A stretch of 64,000 nucleotides of DNA from Selaginella moellendorffii (Eukaryota; Plantae; Lycopodiophyta), in contig NW_003314319.1 of assembly GCF_000143415.4 (NCBI RefSeq), positions 1,020,365 through 1,084,364 of the forward strand, written 5' to 3'. Every line of letters begins with the position of its first letter. Position 1 is the first letter of the stretch. Of the stretch, positions 12,988 to 24,492 are shown piece after piece. The notes beneath the pieces were generated by a model, which was given only the letters and a program-made list of their open reading frames with translations, had not been told where the DNA came from and searched no databases. The translations under genes and the position numbers were made by a program.

Positions 12988-13696
12988 CTCCGCTCTTCGC
13001 AATAACCTAGAGTCTTGTAATTCAAAAGTGACTCAGATTTCATTCGTAGCATATTCGTATTAAGGGTCATGTTTATCTAATCCAACGGTTAGGACGGACT
13101 GTGATCAACGGTGGTCAAGAACATATTTTCATCACCTGGATTATTTTCATCTCTGGTAGTAAGTAGAAATGAGAGCCGTACCATCTCAAAGATTATTCAG
13201 TCCTTGATTCACGGGCATCACAGCAGGCTTTTGTTACGTTTGGGTGGCAAAACCTTCCAGTGGATTGCCAAGAACTCCCGCAAAAGCTAGGACAACAAAA
13301 AATGCCGGTGAGCACTGAATCACTGATAGTGGAACAGGAAACTAGATGATTCGGGAATAGAAAATAGATCCAACGAAGTAGAAAGTGAAGCCAACGATGG
13401 CAAGGTTGGAGAAGGGACCAAAAAGAGAAAGACTGAAGGAGCAAACAATGTCAAGGTGAAGGAAACAGATGGCAAGGCAGTCGAGAGCTCCCGTGAGGCT
13501 GCAGGAAAGATGGCGAGTCTGTTTCTAGCGCCTTAGCAGGGTTTTCGATCGGAGGGAGTCAAGCTGGAGTGATCAATGAGAAAAAGAGGAGGTCACCTCC
13601 ACGCGATAGATGGAGGAATAGTGGCCACGGAAATGACCACTTATAATGCTGCTGGAATGGAAGTCCAAAGAAACAGATGGTCCTTGGCTCTAGCCT

Positions 13697-15287
13697 CTAC
13701 GAATCCATTATAAGCTCTCTAGGCTTGTCCTCTTTGCCATCCTCCGTCTTTGAGGAGCCCGCCGCCACCATGCCTTCTTGATGTCCTCTTGCGCTGGGGC
13801 AGAGCGTCGCACGGGCGATGCTCGGTCCGATCTCTGTGCGTGGGAGAAGATTCATGACACAAGATCGTTTCAACAAATTATACATGCATTCATTCCCTGG
13901 TAAGCAACGCATACATGACCGGAGATTCGGTCTGTCGCCACTCCTCCCACTGCTTGTGAGGCCAGTCAGGATCATCTTCGTTCATCGCGCTGACGATATT
14001 CATATGGTGATTCCTGTCCCGAGGCCCTTCATTTTCAGTGATCCAATATGCTTCTTGGATCCTTAGCAGCTGCTTGTACGGTGTGGGCGCGTCTGGGTAA
14101 TCTAGCCACATAAAAAACACATAAAAAACACACGCAAACAAATCGAAAAAGAGCTGCTCACTTGCCTTGTGGGGATTCACGGCAATATCTCCACTCGGGG
14201 TGCATCAAGACGAAATACCGTGCAGCAATTTCACTCTGTCGCATAGTATACTCCACAGCCGACGGCGGGGGTGGCGGACTTGTATCCAGCCTTCGACACA
14301 CCTCCTCCTTTAGAGGCCTCTCATAGATCTCGCCTGTTGTGGTGCCCTTGCAGCAACTGAAGCTGCAATCAACGCCATCTCGCAAATCCGCATCTGTTGA
14401 GATTCTGGTCAGTTAGCAGCAAAAGATTGGATAGGAAAGATTACTCACAGGTAACATGCGATGCAAAGCATACTTCAATTGGAGAGCGCAGCAGCCACAG
14501 CCTAGCATGCTGCACTAGGAGTCTCACGTTCTCCTGGTGACTAAGGAACGGGTGCGGTCGACATAACTTGCAAAGGAGAGTTTCCCTCTTGGTATCTCTA
14601 TCAACTCCATGAAGACAATGGAGGAGATCTATCATTTCCTGGCGTGTCGACACAAAATCCACGAATTCAGAATGATCTGTAGGCGAAACCTGGTCTTACC
14701 TGGGAAGTCAAAGGAGGGAACACAAAATCCGCGAATTGAGAATTATCAGCAAGTTGTTGGTAAAATCCTGGTCTCTTAAGGAATTTGAGGTTGTCGGGAA
14801 CATTTCCGAACTCGGGTGGGACATAAAATGCTTCCGAGTTTGCCAATGCCTGGATGCGATTTTGACCTGGAAGAAGAAAAGAGTTACGTGAGATGAATTT
14901 ATGTAATGTATCTACCTGTTTGGAGCCAATGTTGAGCTGCATCTAGGGAACCTTTATAAAGTAAATCCACAACTTTGGTGACTTGTTCTGCTTCATCATT
15001 ATCCAAGCCAAGGTTGAGTTGCACATCGCGTTGCTAGGGAATAATGATTTAATAAACAGGGTAAGAATAAATAAAACTCTTACCAATTTTCCAATGTAGA
15101 GCAGCAAAAGAATGGAGTAGAGATCATCAGAAAGCTCAGCATACAAATAATTTCTGTAAAAGATGTCTCTGAAACCACCAATAGCTTTACCAACATCTAA
15201 CACCTCTCGCACAGGAAGTGTTATGGGATAGCCCAGCGCCTCTTCTATTCTTACTTCTGAGCTCCACAGACCGAATGCATCTTCCAT
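13697..15287 (-). CDS. Multi-exon hypothetical protein (lineage-specific; may be degenerate)
   Basis: A series of minus-strand coding-like ORFs separated by short GT-AG intron-like gaps. ATG at 15287 sits just downstream of a telo-box (about 15300). No family recognised. Confidence 0.45.
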
Positions 15288-15401
15288 CTCTGCTAAACAA
15301 AACCCTAAACAAAATGGCAATCCTCCATTTATAGTTCACTAGGTTTTCCAGGTGTCGGCAGAAGAATATACTGTGCATCTAAAAAAGGATTCCAGGTGCT
15401 T

Positions 15402-16612
15402 TTACCTGGCAATGACGTGGCATCAGGCCTTCTTTTTGTTTTATCTCCAGCGCACTCCCTCTCCCGTCCGTCGCTATCGCCCTGTCCGCCCGCGCCCTAA
15501 AATTACTTCCACGTGGCCACAGCCCCAACACTTAGCCAAATTTCAATCAGTGCGCCTTGGTCCACCCATTCACTCCAGATGGTTGCCCCATAATTGACTT
15601 AAAAACTTTTTTGTTTCTTTTATGATCAAGTATGGCATCAATTTCCAGAGGTAAACAATCAATTCAACTTCATATTGATTCAAGAAAATTATTTAGGATC
15701 CCCATGGCTTGATGAAGAATTCCATGAAAAGGATTATTTTTGTGCAGATGATTTAGATTGGAATTTGTCTAAATTAAATGAAACTATAGCTCCTATTATG
15801 TATATATTACAGAAGGATGTGAACAAGTTTTTAAATGGTGAGAGGAGAAAGGGTGATGGAGAGGATTTTTGGCGATTTTCTAATAAAAATCGTGATCTTG
15901 GAAATTTGAAACAACCCAAAAACACAAGCTTTTTTATCATTAATCAGGTATATTTTTTTAACAAAATATAATTACTAACTTCTTGATATAAGTATTGGTG
16001 TGAATATGGAAAACAAGATGCTTGTGAAACATCCTCTATTATGATTGTTGAATTTACACCAAAGTCAGGACTTGGAAGTAGATTAAGTTGAAATTCTAAT
16101 AAGTGGGGTTGCCTTTGCAATTTTTTGGTCAAACAGTTTTACAAATGACTTGATTATGTGCAAATTACATATTATCATAGAGAGCATTGTGATAAGAATG
16201 GGATTCCTTGTCATGATCAACTTGATCCAACTGAAGGAAAGTCATTATTTCCTCAATGACATTACAGGTAAAAGAAAAGCTTCTTGTAGTCCAGAAGTAA
16301 CTCCTTTTACTAGGCAGAGGAAGACAAGAAAGAAAACCTCTTTAAACGAAAAACTCAATCTTAGCAAAGAATAAATAAAAAAACAAACTCTTTATATACT
16401 TACATTGCATATATTTAAATTAGTCAGAAGATTTCATAAGTTTACCACTCCTAATGGTCATCCATGACACTCATTGGCCACATAAAGCACGTAAAAAGGC
16501 GTCCACGCGTGCGCTAATTGAAATTTGGGTAAGTGTTGGGGCTGTGGCCACGTGGAAGTAATTTTAGGGCGCACGCTGGGCGCGGGCCTGATGCCACGTC
16601 ATCGCCAGGTAA
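15402..16612 (+). mobile_element. Internally deleted Mutator-like element (MULE) with long TIRs and a decayed transposase N-terminus
   Basis: 15402-15429 and 15492-15553 are inverted copies of 16585-16612 and 16511-16572. The AT-rich interior encodes FCADDLDW...VNKFLNGE and YWCEYG...KWGCLCNFLVK...HREHCDKNGIPCH with TGA stops, resembling the WRKY/GCM1-like N-terminus of MULE/SWIM proteins. No TSD found. Confidence 0.72.
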
Positions 16613-16669
16613 GCGGAGAGAGAGTGAATCAGGATGGTGTTTAACGGGAGGCCTTGTCAGCTGGGGCCA

Positions 16670-17533
16670 CATCTCGGGCAGCCTCACCGTCAAGCGCGTG
16701 CATGAAGACCGCGAGGAGAAATCCAAGGTCCTTGCCGAGTTCATCAACAAGACCAATCCCGTGGAGATCAAGTGGCTGCTGATGATCATCAAGCTGGGCG
16801 AAAAGACGGTGTTCAAGGAGTCCCAACCCGACGCCGACGAGGTGTACAACAAGAATCTGAAGCTGGTTTGCGAGAAACCGGTGCGATTCAGGCGCCAGGA
16901 CATCGAGGTTGGCAAGGCGGTGAGACCGCAGCTCGCGTCCCGGGTGAAGAACGCCGAGGGAATGCTTACCGAGTGTAAGTTCGATGGCGATCGGTGCCAG
17001 GTCCGGTGTGGAAGGGGTTGACGAACAAGTTTGCCGAGTTTGGGACAATGGCGTCGAGCAGCTTCGCTACATCGTCTTCGACATTCTCTACCTGGACGAT
17101 TGCAGCGTGATTCGCCAGCCTCTCTGCGAGTGACAGAAGCTGCTCGAGCAAAGGGTGACGACTGTTCTCGAGCTGCTCCAGCCGGATCGGAGGAACTGCA
17201 GCGGCCAGCGCGGTTGATCATTCCCCAGTCTGCTGTCCACGTCGAGAAGTTCTTCCTGATGACCGTGGACAGCCGGGACGCCGTCAAGGACTTTGAAGAA
17301 ACTGATGAAGCTCAAGCCTGACTACGTGAAGGAGAGCGTGCTGATTATTGGTGGCTACCGACTCATTTTGCAAGGTTGGCACGGGGCTCAATGAAGGGTG
17401 CTAAGGTTTGGTTGACAAGCACAGGAAAGCATGACAAGAACACCAAGCTTCCGAGTTACTACGTGATGAAGGACAACGCCAAGGATCGGCCGGACGTGTG
17501 GATCGAGCAGCTGGACAAATCTGTGCTCCTGAA
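16670..17533 (+). pseudogene. LIG4: DNA ligase IV pseudogene fragment, intron-free with many micro-deletions
   Basis: RQDIEVGKAVRPQLA, ECKFDGDR (active-site KxDG), KLKPDYV, VLIIGGY and RPDVWI match plant LIG4. Frameshifted and truncated. Confidence 0.88.
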
Positions 17534-17629
17534 GGCACATCCACTACGGGCGGCAAAAGAACTGCATGGTGGAGGAAACTCTGGAGCTCTTCGAGACGCA
17601 CAGTGGCGAGCACGCCTCAAGTACATGGT
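17534..17629 (+). pseudogene. PACRG: Copy of part of the PACRG last exon, joined directly to the LIG4 fragment
   Basis: Matches about 9845-9963 (aaactctggagctcttcgagacgcac is identical) with three small deletions. Confidence 0.88.
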
Positions 17630-17789
17630 TCATCTTCATTTTTGTCTCTCTTTCGTTAGTGTCCAGCTGTATTTGCAAAAACCCGACTTAATATTTGCGC
17701 AGCCAGAAGTCAAGAAGAGTGAGTATCTCAGCTACAGATGATCATTGTTCACATAATAACCCACACTCTCACTACGTGAGGAATGATGC

Positions 17790-18100
17790 AGAAAACTCGA
17801 GCAATGTAGGCAGTGCGGCCGACACAGCCCCTCACTGTTCTCTTCTTTCCCATGAGACAAGTGGCGGCCATTATGGAGAGTCCAAATCTGCCATGCAACC
17901 TTGTTCTTATAGACCTTCCACTAGAGAAAGGAAAAACTAGGAGGTCAAAGAAAAAACAATTGAGAAAAATATGAATGAGGTATGTCGTCGCCAAGGAACT
18001 TCTGGGAAGGAGAGTCTGGGAAGGAGAGTCCGCACCAAAGTTATACAGAACTTTGTCATCTCGGTGGGCCTCAAAGTCGCGATGCTGCACTCTCGTCCGC
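17790..18100 (-). pseudogene. Possible protein kinase fragment
   Basis: Allowing single-base frameshifts, the minus strand reads VQHRD(L)RPT and MAD(F)GLS...G..AYIA, resembling subdomains VIb-VIII. Weak. Confidence 0.3.
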
Positions 18101-18325
18101 TACCTGTGGATGACGGTTCTGGTCGACGTCGGGGTGTGCTTGCTGGTGATCTCAAACAGCACGCTTTTACTCCGAGGAACAGGGAAGAAGAGATCATCGG
18201 GCCCGGAAGGAATTGCAAGGATCACGACCACGATCACGACGGTGGTAAACGGTGGTAAACGTTCTCGCGGAGGATTCTTGATTGTTTTGAGTGATCTGGG
18301 TACTCGCATTTTGATTCTGGAGGCC

Positions 18326-20060
18326 ATGGAAGGCGAGGACACGACTTGCCGATCGCTGCTGCTGGAGCTCCAGGTAAGCCTCGGGTCCTCGCGAAATATT
18401 GCCTCTGGAGTTTATCACGATCGCGGTGGATCGACCGCGCGTAGAGCATCTGGGAGGAGATGGGGGAGAGCGACGAGGAGAGGGACAGAATGCTGCTTCA
18501 GCTGGAGCAAGAATGCCTGGATGTGTACCGGCGGTCGGTGGATCAAGGGAATTGCGTGAGGGCTCGGCTGCACCAGCTGCTGGCGGATTCCGAGTCGGAG
18601 CTCGCGTCGCTCCTGTCGCTCCTGGGTGATCGCCCTTGCACGGTATGCTTTGTTTGATCCATCTCACAGTGCTTTTCCAATGCCCGTTGTTCTTCCTTTC
18701 CCTTAGAGAAGAGGTCGTGCACTACTCTGCGGGGGCAGCTCTTGTCCGTCTCACCTCAGTTAGAATGCTTGCGTCTGAGGAAAGAGGAGCGGCTGAGCAA
18801 TTTGAGGACGTCCAATGCCAGATACAAAGGCTCTCTCAGGAGATATCGCCAGGGACATTGCAAGAGGCCGAGAATGGAGCTTTTTGTTGGAAAGATTTGT
18901 CGCTGAGAAAGCTGTATGAGTACCATTGCCAGCTTCAAGAGCTTCAGGATGAAAAGGTTGGTTTGTATTGGCACGGTTGGCATTTTTTTTTCTTACAAGC
19001 GACATTTCCAGAGTACCCTGCTCCACAAAGTCTCAGAGCTTCTCGAGGTTCTGCAGGAATATTGCGTCCTGTTGGGGACAGACTTCACCGAGGTTGTCAA
19101 GGAAGTGCATCCGAGCCTTTGTGATCCAGGCCAGAGCAGAAGTATTAGCGATGAGACGCTAGAGAACTTAGCCAAGACGGTCGGGAGTCAGGTATAAATT
19201 TATTCTGTGTGCATTTCTTGGCTGATGTTTCGTTGTGCACAGGGATAGTGGACTTGTCAGAACTACTTGCTAGAATCGAAAGTAGTATCGCCAAGGCGAA
19301 GGAAGAATCACTCGACAGACGAGATATAATGGAAAGAATGGAACGGTGGATTAGCGCGTGTGAAGAAGAAAGCTGGCTTGAAGAATACAGTAAGGTATGA
19401 GCGTTATGCTATTTCACTTATTCATTTTCGATTGTAGGATGAAAGCCGCTTCAATGCAACCAGAGGAGCACATTTGAATCTAAAACGTGCAGAAAGAGCT
19501 CGTGTCATCGTGGCCGAACTCCCACAGTGCGTTTGATTTCTTCGTTTGTTATTTTCTTTTCTCAGTTTTCACAAGCCGTTTGCAGATCTTCTTGAATCAT
19601 TGCAGTCGAAAACGCGGTCTTGGGAGGACGAAAGAGGCAGCCCCTTCTTATACAACGGGGTATGTTAGTGATTTTCGTAGGCGCCTCTAAAAGTGCTTTG
19701 CAGATTTTTCCACTTGCAATACCAGAAGAATATATCTTGCTACGACGAGAGAAAGAAGAAGAAAGGCGCCCACACTAAAGGTAACTCTGCAGTTTAGTCC
19801 CTGTTGAGACGTTAACTGGTTAAATGCAGGAGGAGAAGAGAATGTAGGAGCAACTGCAAACTGAGCAGGAGCTGCTCTACGGCACAAAGCCGTCCAAAAC
19901 GGGACGTGTGGGACTTCGCCTGAGTGGAAACAATGCAAACCGACGACTTTCGATAGTGCCTGAGCTCTTATCCGCACCGAAGGCTTGCAATCAGGGACCC
20001 TCAAAAGGTTAGCCGGGTGAAACGCTACTCTCCGATGATGAATTACGCTGCCTTGCCTAA
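18326..20060 (+). pseudogene. MAP65: MAP65/Ase1 microtubule-associated protein, probably a pseudogene
   Basis: [58 protein letters not shown]. The central block between SISDETL and DLSELL is missing. Frameshift/TAA near 19775 and in-frame TAG in EEKRM*EQLQTEQE (about 19845). Confidence 0.82.
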
Positions 20061-20539
20061 GGATCCCGAAGCTTCTTCAGTTCGATCAAAGATAGCTTTA
20101 GAAGTGACAGCTTATAAAGCTGTCACTGTTGGTGGCTAGAGCGATTTTGAAAATTAGGACGCTAAGCGAGGGTTATACTCTACGTAGAGTTTGTTTCTTT
20201 GCTAATCGCGTTTCCTTTTTCCAGTGCTCCGTGCTCTGTGTATTGGGAAAGCGTAGGAGCGTGTGCTATATGTTCAGAGCTTCGGTTGGTGTAAAGCATC
20301 GAACTAATTGTTTTGTGTTAAGTTTCATTCAAGGTACATACAAGTCTTGGTTTGCTTAAACTTTGAACTTCAAATTCCTCGTGCAGCTTCTGCCGTCGAG
20401 AATCGACGCAGACAAGTTTCACGCTGGTTATACTCTCAAATGATTCAAAGGCTCGCAAGCTTGACATGCTATGTACCACAGAGCCGAAACAACACTTTTA
20501 AAAGGACTCCATACCTTGGCAGCGGGCAACGAACAAAGC

Positions 20540-20977
20540 ATGGCCAGGGCTAGCTTACTTCCTGTCCTTCTCGTCTCTTTTCTCTGCATTCTCCTGCCTT
20601 CTCAGGTAAGCACATCTTTTGAGCTCGCAGCTCTCTTCACTAACAGCTGATCTGCAGGGATGCTTCACCAAATACCGCTACGCGCTCTTCATCCCAGGCC
20701 ACAACATCTTCCCTGTTGCAGGCTGCAAGAAAGACATTGGGCCACCTTACAAAGACGGCTGCAGCCTCGCAGCGCGTTGCAAAGTACCGGGGAGTGGAGT
20801 TCTTCGTCCATCGCGCATCTGACCCTGGATGATCTCCAGTGCACGGTGAGCTTCCAAGGTCCCATCGATCTGGACCGGGGCTCGTTTAGAGCCTCTGGAA
20901 GTGTCCCGGACAAGGACATTTGCTCCAGCGCGTCCAAGAGACTCTGGTACTTGACTGCCAACCTGGACACCACGTGA
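20540..20977 (+). CDS. Small secreted cysteine-rich protein (about 109 aa, 3 exons)
   Basis: Signal peptide MARASLLPVLLVSFLCILLPSQG. GT-AG introns at about 20606-20657 and 20785-20839 (CTAAC/CTGAC branch-like sites) join an open frame with 6 Cys in the mature part, ending at TGA 20977. Confidence 0.65.
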
Positions 20978-21027
20978 CGACGTAAAAACTGTGCCATTTT
21001 AGCTGAAGCGGACAGGATTTTTCGATA

Positions 21028-24000
21028 ATGGAGTGTGTGACCGCCTTGGTGAGCGGCTTGGTGACCCCGCTGTGTGTGGACACTGCCAAGAAGGTATGGG
21101 ACTGCAATGCCAACATTGAAAGGCTGGAGAATATCATGGCGCCCAACATCCAGGACAAGATCGACGCTTTCGGTCGCCGCAAGGAGCAAAATGGACCTGG
21201 CTTTATGTTCTCTGAAGCGGCCGAGGAATGCTTGGAGCGTGTCAGGAAATGGAATAGCAAGGCACAAGAACTCCTGGGATCACGCAACAACAGGATCTGG
21301 AACCCTGTTAGACGGTATGTTTTGCAGCATTTTTGTGCAAGAAGGCTGAATTTATTTCTGCCGATAGGTACAAGCGGAGTGGCAAGATCATGGACTGCAC
21401 AAACTCCTACGACGGTCTCCTGGCGCAGATCGAAAGGCACGGGCACGAGCTGAATGTGGACATTGCGAAGCTGGAAAAGGGGGCGACCAGCATCCGGGCC
21501 ATGCTTAACAAGTTTAATACTCACAAGCACCGGAATCCAGACTTCCGCTACTCTGATGGAGCCGAGGAGTGGCTTGATCTTGTCACAAAATGGAACGACA
21601 AGGCGCAAGCACTGCTGGGATCACAGTAAGCTTACACAAGAGCTATAACAGTATAGCTAAAAGATCTATGGATCTTTCACAGGAAGAAGCGTTGTGGCGA
21701 GATCTCGGAGCTCATTCACAGCTACGAGGGCGATCTCCTTCCGAAAATTGAAAGGTACGAGCGAGAAGAGTTGGGAGTGATACAGCCGAGAACTAGCTTC
21801 GCCGTACGGAATTCCCCGCAAGACAGAGGCCTTGCAAAAAAATATGTACGGCGTGTTGTTCCTGAGGCAATGTTTGGGGGCCATGAGCAACTGCTGGATG
21901 AGGTGGTGAATGCCCTCTTGGATCCTGAAGCCCGTAGCAAATGGGTTGGACTCTTTGGAATGGGAGGTTGTGGAAAGACCACCCTCGCAAGCTGCGCGCA
22001 CAATGACGAGAGGGTGCGGGAGCATTTCCATGACAACATTGTGTGGATCACTGTGAAGAAAGATGCTTCGGAGGACGATCTCAAGGACCAGCTCCTCAAA
22101 GCTCTTGAATGGGGTGAAATGAAAGAGAGGGCCGAAGGAGGCCTTGATGACATGCAGCACTTGGCACGCGATGTTGCTGGTGGTAAGCGTGTCTTGCTGG
22201 TACTGGATGATGTGTGGGACTGGAGCTGGGCAAAGAAACTGGATTTTATAGCAGGGCCATCCTCTGGCCGGATCCTGGTAACAACCAGAAAGGAAGGCAT
22301 TTTGCTCAGCCTGGATCCGGATGCAAAGGCATTTCCTGTGCATGAGCTATCAATGGACGAAAGCAAAAAGATGTTTTGGAAGTTTGCCTTCGGTGTGCAT
22401 GATCCACAACCTGGTGTTGTGGAAGTTGCGGAGGAAATAGCTCGAAAATGTGAGGGACTTCCTCTAGCTCTGGAAGTGATTGGCAGTGCCATGGCTGTGC
22501 ACAGAAGAGAAGGGCCACTTGTGTGGGAAGAACGATATAAGAAGTTGCACTTGTCCAATGACCCAGATGTTGAGAAGCAGATGTTCAAGCGCTTGAAGTT
22601 CAGCTATGACGAGCTGGGAAACTATGAGGGTGAAAAGCTGCAAGAGTGTTTTCTCTATGTGGCTGCATTCCCAGAAGATAGGATGATTAAGTTTTCTGAG
22701 TTGAGGAAATGTTGGATGGAGGTTGGGTCAGAACTCTCAGCCACAGCGATTGTCAATGAACTGGAACGGAGATGCCTAGTCCAGATCTGGCGGGATGAAG
22801 AAGCTCCTGATGATATAATCAGTAAGTCTGGGATGGATGACGAAGCTCCTGATCTTATAATCGTACACGATATGCTACGCAAACTGTGCATAAGAATCTT
22901 AAAAGGGAAGTACGGTCCACAGCAAGAACACGAGAAGGGATGCCTGTTTGGATATGACTGGACAATTGGCATTCGGGATGCAACATTTGCTAAAGTCTCA
23001 CTCATCTCAAAGGATGTTGGCAGCTTTCTATCCGATAATCATGTGCGAGATGTCTTACTTCTGGATAAATGTGAAGGACTTCCTAATGTGGATGACAGTC
23101 TTATCGATCACATACAAGGTGTCAAGGTATTGAGCTTGTGGCGATGCTCTAAGATCCATTTTATTCCAGAGAGCATATCCAAGCTGAGAAACCTTCAAGT
23201 GCTTCACATTCGAGAAACAAATGTGAGTCAATTACCAGATGTGCTTTTCAGCCTGACATCACTGAAATATCTAAAATGTGATAGTTGGCCGAAGTGTAAC
23301 ACTGCATTACTCCCCCAGCTCTCCAACTTGGAAGAGCTGGAGCTGAACGTTGATTTAAAAGAGGACCCATCAGTTGTGGATTTGACTGGAATTTCACGTA
23401 AACTAAGACTTCTAGAGCTAAGAGTGAGACATGGTACAATGAAGGTGCCAGAAAGCATGGGGAAACTGGAGCACATTGAAACATTGTATTTATTTGCAAA
23501 TAGCATCGACTTTGCCAGTGTCGTTGGACGATGGCAACTTGTTAACCTAACAACATGTGTAATTGATTCGGCATCCGTCAGTAAAGCTCCCTGGAAGCGA
23601 ATGTTTAAGAACTCAATCAGGCTTCAACGTTTTCACATCTCTCTAGAAGACAGTGAAAATAATGATGAAAGCGTTGAATGGTTGCAACTACGATATTTAC
23701 GCATCCGTGATATAAACCTATCTTGGTTGCCCCACCGCCTAGGAGAACTTGAAATTGACTGCAGTGGTATCCTCTTGTTCAACTTGGATGGATCATTCCC
23801 ACGTCTTGGAAATCTGATTCTTACTCATCTACACATTGCACAGTCAGAATTCAAGGGTGATTTGGCTGCCAGTCTTCCAAATCTGAAAGACTTATGCTTT
23901 GAGCTAGCTCCTGATATTGAATGGGAGCACTTGCCTCTCTTTGTGGCACAGCTCCCCAATCACCTCCAGTCTCTGACAGTAAGTGGTTGCATAAAGAGAC

Positions 24001-24347
24001 TTTTGTTGCCAACCGAGAGGTCATCACTCAAGGTTAACTATCTTTCAGTATCGACCAAGAAGATGCAAAATGATTTCTTTGAGCCATCAGATCAAATGAC
24101 TGATATAGAAATCGTGGAGTTGAGCTGTGATGAGAGTATTGTTCCATCGTCCATTGCATCGCTGCCAGGTTTGAAGTATCTTGACATTTCAGGGCGAAGG
24201 GTGATACATAACGATGCACTGTGGTCCCACAATCACAGCCAGGGCGCATTTCCCAGGCTGGAAGAGCTAGACTGCCCGAAAGGCATGAAAATTCCACCTT
24301 GGCTTGAGGACCGCCACAATCTGAAGATAAATCGTCGTAAGTTTTAA
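21028..24347 (+). CDS. NLR immune receptor (tandem CC-like N-terminus, NB-ARC, LRR), about 1069 aa; exons 21028-21314, 21368-21625, 21683-24347
   Basis: P-loop GMGGCGKTT, kinase-2 LLVLDDVW, RNBS-B GRILVTTR, GLPLAL, MHD variant VHD, and LRRs. Both introns are phase 2 and keep the frame. Confidence 0.93.
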
Positions 24348-24492
24348 TTTCCAAAGCGTTTTGGTATTCAAACGTCTCAACTCTACGTTCTTTCCTCAAA
24401 ATCAATATATACAAAAATGCAACTGCGCCACTACCCTTACACCTCTCACGTCCCTGGCAATCTCTACCACCTCGGGTTTGCTCCTCGTCGAT

